Origin: Lingula anatina | Lineage: Eukaryota > Animalia > Brachiopoda | Length of the DNA: 64,000 nucleotides | Direction of reading: 5' to 3' | Assembly: GCA_051362555.1 (NCBI GenBank) | Contig: CM120642.1 | Coordinates: forward strand, 29,822,001 to 29,886,000 | In this document: piece after piece, positions 11,381 through 22,732 of the stretch | Layout of the letters: the number at the start of each line of letters is the position of its first letter | Position numbering within the stretch: position 1 is the first letter of the stretch | Program-made: the position numbers and the translations under genes | Notes under the pieces: generated by a model | What the model saw: only the letters and a program-made list of their open reading frames with translations | The model's database searches: none | What the model was told of the DNA's origin: nothing

Positions 11381-11464
11381 AACAGAGACAAGATGTACAA
11401 TTTATGAGATAACAGAGACAAGAAGTACAATTTATGAAATAACAGAGACTCAACGTACAATTTA
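11381..11464. repeat. 30-bp tandem repeat, about 2.8 copies, intronic
   Basis: aacagagacaagatgtacaatttatgagat at 11381, with variants at 11411 and 11441. Confidence 0.85.
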
Positions 11465-11577
11465 CAAGACCTAAAATTCGCACTGCGGTTAAGAACTTCT
11501 GTTCACAGAAAGCATGCTTACGAGCGAAGCTTAGACTTAATTAAGTTAAGACCTAATTAAGTTAAGTTACATCTCAC

Positions 11578-11853
11578 CTGATTTATCCATCCACTGTTGC
11601 AATCTGTCCAAAACCGAAGGAAAGTTTTTGAATGTCATGGAAAATTGCCCGTTGCCTAGCGGCAATATGGACACCTTTGAAGGAGAAAAAATGGCGCATG
11701 ACAAGCGTTCAGGTGCTGCAGTGGGCGTGTCGCTACCTGGAGTGAAGGAGTAGGCGATCCGAGTAACGTACTGATAAGAGCGCCTTGAACGCTTATCAGG
11801 GAGATACATGTACTTAAAGGGACGCTTTTGAAAACAGGCACTCGGACTTCTAC
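11578..11853 (-). CDS. Four-repeat protein, exon 6
   Basis: Acceptor atatttcag, donor G|gtgaga. Encodes GRSPSACFQKRPFKYMYLPD...VTRIAYS...LSCAIFSP...VLDRLQQWMDKS. Phase 1 at both ends. Confidence 0.8.
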
Positions 11854-12323
11854 CTGAAATATAAATATAGTTATAAGGTTAGTTAGTCACCGTAGATAAC
11901 TTCTATGTGTAAGAGATAAGTAAGTTTTAAAAAATCGATAAGCCACTGATTTGCTTTATTAAGTTGACGAGTGACGTTTCCTTCGGAACAATAATTTAGA
12001 TATATTAACAATCATCTCAATATCATAGATTGTGGAGAAGCTCCGATGCTAAGTTATTTCATTTTACTCGGCTTCTTGTAATTCCCCAAATATCAGTATC
12101 ATATAATTAAACATATCTCTTTCGGCAAGGAAAAAGATTCATTATTTGTCAAAATTATGTCAAAAATATATTTGCGTGCCCGACTTACACACTGTATGCA
12201 AGATATTAGGTATTTTTAAACACACTTCTAGTTCTGCATTTCTCGTGCTACTGTTGTTCGGGTCAGTTTGTCTTTGGGATCCCAACTTTTAGGCTGCGCA
12301 AATAAAACCATAACCACACCAAC

Positions 12324-12452
12324 CTGAGAGAATTTTTACTGTCTGTATATTGAGGACGTGGACATTCTGTTGGCCTAACCAGGAGGAGATGTGGTGCATT
12401 GCCTCGCTGGGTGACGAAAACCCCAGGGCAGACGGTATAAAATCTCGTAGGC
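12324..12452 (-). CDS. Four-repeat protein, exon 5 (absent from the ORF track)
   Basis: Acceptor tctatttccag, donor G|gttggt. Encodes GLRDFIPSALGFSSPSEAMHHISSWLGQQNVHVLNIQTVKILS. Phase 1 at both ends. Confidence 0.75.
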
Positions 12453-12733
12453 CTGGAAATAGAGCATTTTCATCTTCAATATAAACTTGTGCTGCTGACG
12501 TTGCCTATGTTATTTTTACTTGATTAAATTTAGTTTGACTAGTTAACATGGAGAGAAAAGTTTAACATAGTTTTCAATTTATTTGTATGATAAAGAAGGT
12601 CAACAAACTGCGTAGTCATTGGTTCAATTTTTGTGAAAAAGGTTTCAGCTTGTGGTAGCCAACCTAGGCCGGCATATCTACAATTTTGTTTAAACTATTT
12701 TGCCCTTTTACGGAATTTAAAATAAATACTTAC

Positions 12734-12931
12734 CTAGCCGCATTTCCTCTCTAGGCCCATCTCCTTTATGAGCAAAGTAAAACAACCTAAGGATGAAGGC
12801 AGAAGGCTTATTTGGCTTGAATATCAAGGCTGTGGAGTCATTGCGAGTTATAAAGCGTTCCGGTTGATCTGCCGGGGTGTACATTGTGATGTGCAGAGGG
12901 GTATTCACAGTCTCAACTGTCACAACGGGGT
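12734..12931 (-). CDS. Four-repeat protein, exon 4
   Basis: Acceptor ccgtccccag, donor G|gtaagt. Encodes NPVVTVETVNTPLH...AFILRLFYFAHKGDGPREEMRL. Phase 1 at both ends. Confidence 0.8.
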
Positions 12932-13536
12932 CTGGGGACGGAACATGTGTAAGTAATATGTTATTGTTCTTGATAACAGCACAAACATACATAATACAAC
13001 ACAATGACAGATAACATACTGTTACACACCACAGACATTATCTTGGCACTTCATTGTTAAAACTTCACCTAAATAAAATTAGAATGACGGCTTATAGACT
13101 CAAAAAAGTTGGTAATATCAAAATTAATGGAAAAGTATGCTGCTCTCAAATACACCAAAAAATTGATAAATTTATAAAAACCGACATCGTTTTATCAAAT
13201 ACCAAATACCGGGAAATGCGCTGATGCGCACAAAGTCACTTAAATGGATGTAAACTAGGAACCAATTATATGACAGCACCATTTAAAATTAAAGAGTGTA
13301 TCGACATTCTAAGTGGTTCACTTTTAAAGCATGCTATTCTGGGAAGTCTAACCGATCACCTATCAAATCTGATAAGAGATGTAGAACATATTTTGGGTGC
13401 GCTAGAAAAGAAGAGGTAGAGACACTGCTGAATTGGGAAAGTCATATAATGTACTGGTATTTCGATTCAATATCTGCCAATGAATAATCAAAATTAAGCC
13501 GTTGAATCAAAATCACACCATGCGCTGTACACTTAC

Positions 13537-13682
13537 TTTTGGTCCTAGCCAGCCACTCATTGGCAGCTTGGATCAATTCTCCAAGCGTTACGTCACCGTG
13601 ATTGGGAACGAAGTCACGTATAAGGAGAGTAGGCGGGGTAGAAGGTTTTGGCGATGACGGTGGGAGTTTTCTATACCATAAC
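13537..13682 (-). CDS. Four-repeat protein, exon 3 (absent from the ORF track)
   Basis: Acceptor attttcag, donor A|gtaagt. Encodes RLWYRKLPPSSPKPSTPPTLLIRDFVPNHGDVTLGELIQAANEWLARTK. Phases 2 and 1. Confidence 0.8.
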
Positions 13683-14005
13683 CTGAAAATGACGTCAAGA
13701 CTAATATAATCATCGGTGCGTACATAATACTATAGTCATTTCTGACGAAGAAGAGAGATCAAAGGTAGTAAACTTGTCTACCAGCTAGAAGCAGACTAAT
13801 TCTCAAAAATTTGTTGGCAAAGAACGTGAAGCTCGTACTTCAAGTAATTTACAAAAACAAAAAATGTGTGTCACGAACTACCTCAAAGCATTTGCACCAA
13901 AACCGGTTTCAAACTATCATAAATGAACCTTAAATAAAATTCCATTCTCAATCTTATCAAGTGACTTCCGCTTTAATCTTCAATTGAAAAAATATCCGTA
14001 CACAC

Positions 14006-14185
14006 CGTAAATGTCTCACAATTACACCTATTGGTCCTTTCTTGGATAGTGGCTCCATCCAGAGTGCGCTGTCAGTTCCAGCACTAGGGGTGTCAGCTCT
14101 GACAATCTTTGTCACCGTTTCACACTTGATTAAGTAAACATCATTTCGACTTGCCAACCAAGAAGATGCTCGGCTTACTAATACC
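14006..14185 (-). CDS. Four-repeat protein, exon 2
   Basis: Acceptor tttttcttttaag, donor CG|gtgtgt. Encodes VLVSRASSWLASRNDVYLIKCETVTKIV...IVRHLR. Phase 2 at both ends. Confidence 0.78.
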
Positions 14186-14486
14186 CTTAAAAGAAAAAAT
14201 ATAGTCAATAATTCCGAAAGAGAATAAATAAAATTCATAAATTTCTAACGGTTAACTTACTTGCTACAGTCTAAAAATGCGCCATATGAGTCTGATGCTT
14301 GTATGCACAACTCTTTACATAAAAGAAATAAACTTGGCATCAAGGGCAACTCTTCTGAAAAGAAAAATGGATCTTTAACTCCCTTATTTGACCCAACTTG
14401 AAAATGACGTATTGCCCAGATGAAATTTGGAATCAGAAAGAAATTTTTTATTCAAAGGCTGTCCTTTCGCATCCCCGCGCCCCCCC

Positions 14487-14724
14487 AATGCCCCTATTTC
14501 ACACAGACCACGAATCCCACGAATCGCCAGGAATTGACAAATTTCAGGATTCGTGGTTGAATCGTAATCAGTTCGTGAAGTTCTTAACAGATTCGTATAT
14601 ATTCGTAGTCAGTTCTTGCAATTCTTGATCAATCACGAACTGATTACGGTTCAACCACGAATCCTGAAATTTGTCAATACCTGGCGATTCGTGGGATTCG
14701 TGGTCTGTGTAAAATAGGGGCATT
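14487..14724. mobile_element. Palindromic MITE-like element in intron 1
   Basis: Near-perfect inverted arms of about 90 bp: aatgcccctatttcacacagaccacgaatccc... and ...gggattcgtggtctgtgtaaaataggggcatt. Confidence 0.8.
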
Positions 14725-14786
14725 ACACAAACCACCCCCACACCAACCCCCAGCCCAACTACGGGTTTGCCAGTAGGCCTACTTAC

Positions 14787-14986
14787 GCCATGTCATCGCC
14801 TGTGACAGATGACCCAAACAAAGACTGTCTCGCACTCCACACTGGAGCGAAGTCGCGGCACGAAATTTGCTGGGCAGCAAGAAGCTGATCGCCGAGGGCG
14901 GCCGCTGGGGACATCACCTCTTCGTAACTGGGTGGGGCGCCAGGGGGTCCCCTGCTAGACGCCATGTCTGGGTTCACGTGCTCCAT
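14787..14986 (-). CDS. Four-repeat protein, first coding exon (PPxY motif, start of repeat 1)
   Basis: ATG in acaATGG context, donor GC|gtaagt. Encodes MEHVNPDMASSRGPPGAPPSYEEVM...ISCRDFAPVW. An acceptor near 15020 suggests an untranslated upstream exon. Confidence 0.75.
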
Positions 14987-16286
14987 TGTCTAGGTGGGGC
15001 ATTCGAACACTTGTTGTGCCTAGAGTGGAGAATAACTGCCGATAATAGGTCAAAACAATCACATGTAAATGAAATGATATTCATGCCATACCACATGAGA
15101 TTTCTAGTGCCCTGGTGGGATTTCTGCCTGGCTGTCTTTATGTAGGATGTGCAGGTTGAAAACAAAGACTGACACCCCCCCTTTCCACTAATATTCGTGT
15201 CCTGGATCCGCTCCTGTGCTTTCCTCTTTTTAACGGATATTAAAGAACACTCGTAAGTACAAGTAGGCAAATTTGCCTCGGACGCCCAGCGTCTTAAAAA
15301 TGTACACTGACTGTTAATCTTTCGTGCTTGCAATTACCAGTACAATAACAGCATGTTTGCAAGATTTAAGACAATTCAAAATAAGTTTAAGTTTGGGAGA
15401 TTTCAAGTTAAAGACCTCAAGATTATTACTTAACACGGCATAATTAGAAAGGGGTCCTAGACGTATACTGTACATGTATATATAGCAATCCTGGGACCCT
15501 AAGTCCCACGGGTCTTATAGTAGTCCATATGTCATCTTTTTTGCTGGGCGACGTCATTTATTCATACATGTACAGGTTTGAATTAGACCTGCTCTGAACA
15601 CAACTTAACCACGTGTTCCCCGGCATTCCAATCAATTATATTGGCATGTCCAGTCTTCAGACACCAGCACCATTAACATGTCATCAACTTAGCTTGAAGT
15701 CATAACAAGGGCGTTTACAATGTACTGCGAGTTGATTAAAGTAGTAATTAATTCTCCCTCATCTTGTTTATCTACATGTATGATTAATTATTTAGTCATT
15801 AATCATTAAAAACAGCCATTCGGCGAAATTTTCTTCCTTTTTATGAAACTTTAAAACGTAATTAACCAACCGTGTCGGTGAAAGTTCACGCTTCACATGA
15901 CATAACCTGTTTTTAGGTCATCTTTATTTTATCTGTCTATTCCGTGTTTCAATGAAACAGTTTTGAAGCATTTTGAGACAAGATACGCTCTCTTTCCCAA
16001 CATGGCACCTATGGTATTGTGAGCAATGAAGTACACATATAGAACACGGGAATAGGAAAAAGTGCCGTAACTGCACCAACGTGCATACATATCACAGTCG
16101 GACACTGGAGATAAATATACAACATAGCCCTAACACAGGTATCCTTTGGTTCCATATTCATTAGCCTGGATATCTACTATACACCAGCCACAATGAGTGC
16201 ATTTGTACTTTACTATATATAAAAAATACCGGGGACGCTGATTGCATGCACAACACGTTAGGTATGAATGCTACCTGTACATTCAC

Positions 16287-16467
16287 TTAGACCTCGTTCA
16301 GAATAGGGGACTAACTAGTCCGAGGGTCAAATATGGCCGACTCACTTGAATACTTCCCCACGGGATATCTATTCAGTGTCTATTAGCGGATTAGACGGCA
16401 ATCTTTGTATTAGGTCGCCACATTTGACACTCAGACTAGTTAGTCCCCTATTCTGAATGGTGCCTAA
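16287..16467. mobile_element. Palindromic MITE-like element, family A
   Basis: Inverted arms ttcagaataggggactaactagtc... and ...gactagttagtcccctattctgaa. Interior resembles 18305-18511. Confidence 0.7.
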
Positions 16468-16472
16468 CAGGA

Positions 16473-16509
<37 letters not shown>

Positions 16510-17356
16510 CGTGCGTGCGTAAGGGGGGTCTGCCAGCAAGGGATGGTCTGGTAAAAGATCTCCAATAAGTTTCTGTAACAGTTCAGATATGTACAAACAC
16601 AAGTAAGCGGTGGAACCATTTTGAGGCCTTATTATCATGTGAACCGGCTGATTGTTTGCGACAAAAGCAATTTTTTCTCTTGCACGCGGCGTGAGTCGAC
16701 ATACATTTTTCATGTCCTGTGTCCACTGTTTCAACACGGGCTGTCTAAACCAATGATGAACGTATTCCTCGCAAGCCCATGAGGAAGGCAATAATTGTCT
16801 TAGGTAGGTTTACGAGCAATTTGTCTGTGGGAAAACAGCTACAAATGTAGGCCATTTAGTCAAATGCATCTATTCATATCTTTGACCTTAAAACGTCAAA
16901 TACGAAAAAGTCAAAACATCAATCATCGTAAATATGATTATAAAATGCCAGTGGTCCGTGGACTGTCAAACCTCTTGGATCCTACACGCGTCACCAGAGA
17001 CGAAATGTGATGTTCACGGTGATAGGAACATGTCCTTTACATTCTCATTTGGCAATGCACTGCATGAATATATATGCAGCCAGGCCTGACTACTTGCCAT
17101 TTCGCACAATAACTGTTAATGATAGCCTACTAATGTGGTACCAGTGGCTTGTGAGGGGGGGGGGGGGGGGTCAAGCTTCAAGTCTTCCCTTCATTGGGTG
17201 GTTGATTGGAAGGGGGGGGGGGGGGGGCATTCATGTACACTGTAGGCTACCTTGATATACCAGTAAGGGCGACATTAGCTCTGCGCGTGTACGCTCAGCT
17301 TGACGCTTGCCATAGCCTGAATACAAATAGGCCTAAGTATCCTCAAACCACCAATA

Positions 17357-17395
<39 letters not shown>

Positions 17396-18304
17396 TGTGT
17401 GTTACATGTACATCCTGTTACTTATTACTTACAGATGTGATAAACCAAACGTCTGATCAACTATATATTCGACGAGCGTCAAGGCTATGCTGACTCTCAA
17501 GAGGTAGAGTTTGACTCATTGCGCCATATGGGCTTCCTGGTATACACTCGGTGTAGGCCTACACTAGCGTACTCAGGGTCGGTTCCGTCGGTGGCGGAGG
17601 CACCCTGGTACTGGTCGAGTGGAAAATGCGAATCCTGAGGACTGGAATGCAGTCAGTCCATGTCCAGTAGTTATTGTATGCGGACTATAAGTCATACAGC
17701 ACTAACGCCCTTGTTATCTCAGGCATTCCAATATGGAGTCATATTTAGGTCAATGTACAAATATACACTGGGCCCTCGAGTGTACTAAATAATGACAATA
17801 ATAGTCGTTTTGTGTTGCATGCGTTTATATTCGGGAAAAATAAATTTCCCGGTCAGGGGGTCCATTAGAAAAGTTAACTTTTTTTTTACTTAGATGTTAT
17901 ATTTAATGACTTATTTAATATAGGGCCTAAAATGGCTGAGAAAACTTGACAGCTAGCTAGGACCCATGCTAAATATGAAAGGGAAATCGAAAGTTACATG
18001 TAGCATCTTTAATTTAAAGTTCACTGTGATAACTGTCGCAAACTCATATAATGCAGCAATCTGTAGTAATTCAATGATGACCAAACATTATTTTGCAAGT
18101 TACGGAAGTGGTTTTGATAAAATGTTTTGCGCGCTTACCTCTCTGCAGTGTGGTTTATATTTCGTATTGTTGTATTCAAAATTCAAAATTAAAATAAGTG
18201 TATAGCTGTGTCTTGTCATTGATTTTTGCTTTATTTATTTTCTTTAACTTTCTTCTTTTTTTTTTTTTTTTTTAATGTAGGCTTATATGGGCTAGTAAAG
18301 AGCA

Positions 18305-18511
18305 AGGCTGTATTCACAACCAAAGTTGATCCGCGGACTAACAGATCAGCAATTAGATATGGCCGACCCATTTGAAAGCTTGCCACGTAATCTCTGAGGG
18401 GAATCTATTTATTGCTTATTAGGGGGTTATGCGGCAAGCTTTCGAGTCGGTCGGCCATATTTGATCCGCTGATCTGTTAGTCCGCGGATCAACTGGTTGT
18501 TAATGCGGCCT
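18305..18511. mobile_element. Palindromic MITE-like element, family A
   Basis: Inverted arms agttgatccgcggactaacagatcagc...atatggccgacc and ggtcggccatat...gctgatctgttagtccgcggatcaact. Confidence 0.75.
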
Positions 18512-19037
18512 AAAAGTAAATTGGACCCTGTGGGCCCTGCAGTGTGGTCCTTCCCTGAACGTACAGCAAAGCCCCTTCGGGCGGTCTAATCCTGCTGTCT
18601 TTAACCAAAGATACATTAAAAAACTGGTTGAGTCAGTGCCTGGAAATATAAATGACGTCATCTGGGTTCGTGACATCCACAGGAGAACTTAACTGTTTGC
18701 AGGAAATCTTCGTTGACTAATATTTACTTTGGGAGACTCTGGATTTCATGCTTTCGTGGACGGGACGTTTACTCTTCTATGAATTGATGTATAGCTGATC
18801 ACCAAAAAGATATCCACATGGAAAAAACTTCACAAATTTTATAAATTAACTGTCAGTTTAGAGTTAAAGATAGAAACAAAATAAACCCCAAAGTACTGGT
18901 TTAATGATGCAATTTGTCTTTGTTTGAAATCAAAGGTGTAATGTTCTGTTGGAACATTCCAGCCATTTAAGCAAGAGTGTAGGTAAAGATTTTGGTCTCA
19001 TCCACTACCCCCCCCCCCCCCCAAAAAAAAAAAAAAA

Positions 19038-19072
<35 letters not shown>

Positions 19073-19792
19073 GTCCGTCTGTCTGTCTGTCTGCACTCTA
19101 GCCGCTACAACAAGCCATATAGGAGAGACCATTGTGTTTCCCCACTCTTATTGATAATCATCTTCAACGACTCATTTCAGCTGTCGCTTATCGCATTCAC
19201 CTGTTTCGCGGCACGTACTGTATGTCTTCATAGATTATTGAGATAAACCGACCGTTGATTTTTTCCAAGTTACAAGTAGGCATGATTAAATACAATATCT
19301 AGAAGGAACGACTGCACTTAATCGTCCCAGTGCTAATAATTATCCCCTTAAGACACCATAAGAGGGTCAGAAAATGAATCTTAGATTATGTGGAAGTATT
19401 TTTTCCGCACGTGAGGGTCGGAAGGTTGGTATGAAAGTGTAGCAGTAGCAATTCAGACACGCCTCTGACAGGATTTGATATTTGAATAATTCCACGGCGA
19501 TTCTCTCCGGACTATTTTCCCCCAAGCACAACTCACCCGGATGATAACCACGTGACCTGCTATTTAACCAGATTTTGTTTCTTTGAAAATAGGAGGTGGT
19601 TATGATACTATACAGATGTAAGAATTCAAAGTATTTGGAATGTCCTTGTTTGATTATATCTCAGATGAAGAAGTATCCCAGAAAAAAACACCTTAACCAA
19701 ATCACTTTACTTATACTTACTAGTTGACATCGTCATTTCCTCTAACAGTGTGGTTCTGGAAACGTAGAAATGGGGTTCTGAGCAACTTTATG

Positions 19793-19793
19793 T

Positions 19794-19856
<63 letters not shown>

Positions 19857-19866
19857 TTATTTATTT
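19793..19866. repeat. (TTTA)n microsatellite
   Basis: Directly visible. Similar tracts lie near 190-260 and 43165-43214. Confidence 0.9.
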
Positions 19867-20617
19867 GATACTTTTCATTATATGTTTGACAGTTGTGAAG
19901 CGATAAAAGATTGAATACAGTGTCTGTAATAAGATTAATCTCTCTTGCCTTTATCAAAAAAATTAATTGCGCTCTTGACGTACTTAATTTTAAAAAATAC
20001 GCCTGTTGAACTGTATCAAAATGAAAAGTCCCCTTTTCTTATTCAGAAAATGGCTAATAAAAGATAGGGATCAATACATTCCACGATCCCAATTCATAGC
20101 GATACGATCTCGCTTAGGGCAGAGATTGATTGAAACGATCGATCTCTCGAGAAAGCCGGGCTTTTCATTCAGATGCTGTCACCAATGAACATGAACTTGT
20201 TACCGTTCCTAGAAATGCTTGGACTCTATTCGTTAAGCGAGAAATGACGTTTCTCCACAATCATATACATGTATGGATATCCAATGGCTTGTTCAAACTA
20301 AAAAGTATTTTAGACTGAATGATTGGGCTTATTTACTTGACCAAACAAGCCGATTCCTGTGAGAGCTGTCTGACATTCGATTCCCTGGATAATTAATGCG
20401 GACGTCTGATGACGCAGTGCAATCAGATTCCCGTTTTAATATGTATGTTTTAGCAAAAGAGGCGTGCTTGACCTTTGCCCCAGCAACAGGATAGAAACCA
20501 CAAAACTTGCAACGAATTCCGGGTCTCTTTCAGAAATCTGGTAGGTGTTGCCAATGCTGCATCCGAGGTGCAAGGCTGGAATGAGCTGCACGGCATCTAC
20601 TCACTCTGAGATTGACA

Positions 20618-20663
20618 ATGGAGAAGAGAATCCAATGTTTTACTATAGTCACACTTTTTACAG
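20618..20663 (+). CDS. Secreted 12-Cys protein A, exon 1 (first part of the signal peptide)
   Basis: acaATGG context, MEKRIQCFTIVTLFT, strong donor CAG|gtgagc. Phase 1 matches the acceptor at 28555 and completes a signal peptide (MEKRIQCFTIVTLFTVLMSPVTP/EDC). The link across a 7.9-kb intron is inferred. Confidence 0.6.
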
Positions 20664-22205
20664 GTGAGCGAAGCATGTTGATTTGGCATGATACTGAAGT
20701 TTAATTTAAGATGATAGTATTGCGTATTTTTGGAATATAATACCAGTACGTGTGAATCTCAACGCGTCGGTGGTTTTACTTTCGGTTCGTTAAGTAATTT
20801 AGAACTGTTAGACCGGCTACGTCTGGTAAAGTAGCCATTATCAACAGTGTTGATTAGTTCTGTCACTGTGATAACATCTTTGTGTACGATTAGCTTCAAA
20901 TGACGATTGACTTAATTAGATGTACTGCACTTGGCGGCCTCCGTTCTAGCGTGAAGAATCAGTCACTCGTTAAGAATGGAGATTTCAACTTCACGCGCTG
21001 GTTAATCCATCAAACCGCTCTCAAAGCACTAACTTAGATTACATTATATTTTAAGAGCTTCTTTACAAATTTTTGCTAGATTGGATATGATTTCACAATG
21101 AACGATTCCTACTGGAATTAACGCACTTCATCCAGCGACAAAAATCAGCTCAGAAGAATGGACTTGAACGAAAAATAACACGAAATATATATAATATAAT
21201 TACAAAAATATATGTCCCCGGTATATGTATTAAGATGCAAAGAATATAAATATATGATTGACATGTAGACTGTAAAGATTATCTCATTTTCACTCAACGT
21301 GGAAATATATCCTTAAGTCACTGTTCATACGTATGCATGTGTGAGCCTACGTATTTACATGTCCACATGAAAAAATTCTTAAGATATATTGCATATTATT
21401 TTATTCTTTTTTACATATATCAGAGATCATCTGTAGGCAGCTAAAATTTAAAGGGGCAACAAAACAAGTGATGATAAATAATCAATGTCTCGTAGAGCAT
21501 GTCAAGTCACAAAATGTGTGTATAAGAGAGACAGAGAGAGAGAAAGAGGGGGGGGGGGATGAGAAACAAACAGAAATGTCCAAATGGACATTCCGTTCGA
21601 TGTTGCATACATTGAATAGGATGCATCTTGATTGGCAATGTTGGGTTCGTAAATGTATGCATTCGTTTGAAAAGGTGGCCCAGTAAGTCATCAAATTCAC
21701 CCCGTATTAATGATCAAAATGGTTTTCACTTGCGCTTCAAGTTAATGGTCAAATGTTTAAATCGTTACCGTTTCACTCCATGAGAATTGTAACTCGCTTT
21801 TGGGTTATATTTCAACATTAGAGCCAAAGTACAAAGAACCCACGGGGCAACGATTATTCGATTGCTGAAATGGATAATACCGTGTGCTATTCAATTAGCA
21901 CGAACTTGGTCTTATATGATTTTCTCTTACAATTCTATCGGGACGGCTCGTTAGGCGATCTTTTGACTTAAAGTCTTGGTTTCCGTTTCTGTCGCTGCCC
22001 CTCGATGGAAGACTGAGGTATTCTCACAACACAGACGCAAGACACACCTATTCAAGTTATCCAAAGCTGCGACACTTCATTTGCCAAAAATTATGTTGAC
22101 TGCCAAAGGACAGTTCATCTATTGGAAAATTATTGAACGTTTCAAATTCTGATTGCATTGTCCCATTTTAATCAAGATTGAAACTAATGTCTGTCTGGCT
22201 CTGTC

Positions 22206-22208
<3 letters not shown>

Positions 22209-22246
<38 letters not shown>
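22209..22246. repeat. (GA)n microsatellite
   Basis: Directly visible. Confidence 0.9.
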
Positions 22247-22248
<2 letters not shown>

Positions 22249-22654
22249 TCATTAAAATACAAACACTATTACGCAACCAGCTAATGATAGATAGGGCGTT
22301 CTTTCATAGATCTATTGAATCTACAACCAAGTATACGTGCTCCATTGAACGGGAATTGACAGCGTTAGTTTGCATGGAAGTCGATCAAGCAAACGCCAAT
22401 TTCCTTGACCTCCATAACTGCATTACTTAAATCAAGTTAGAGATCAATGCGTTAATTACCAACTGGACTGTACTTAGTAACTGATGCATACGTATCTGAT
22501 CGGCACACGTACATGTACAGTTGACGGCGCTGCCTTTTAACAATCGACACTCTTTTGGCCCGTAATATTGGCCTGCAATAACCTTGGTTGTTTGTGCCCT
22601 TGGCTGGTGACCAAACTGATGAAAATCTGTCGGCTTCACACTTAATTAGCACCA

Positions 22655-22656
<2 letters not shown>

Positions 22657-22731
<75 letters not shown>
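22657..22731. repeat. (TA)n microsatellite, about 37 units
   Basis: Directly visible. Confidence 0.95.

Positions 22732-22732
<1 letters not shown>

Noticed and set aside
12184-12323. Extension of exon 5 to the stronger minus-strand gtaagt donor near 12189
   Set aside because: Reading through meets an in-frame stop (GWCGYGFICAA then stop), whereas the gttggt donor at 12323 joins exon 6 in frame.
20405-20430. CTGATGA hammerhead-core matches (also near 22616, 28119, 47466 and 52917)
   Set aside because: None is followed by a stem II and GAAA with flanking helices; a 7-mer is expected by chance.
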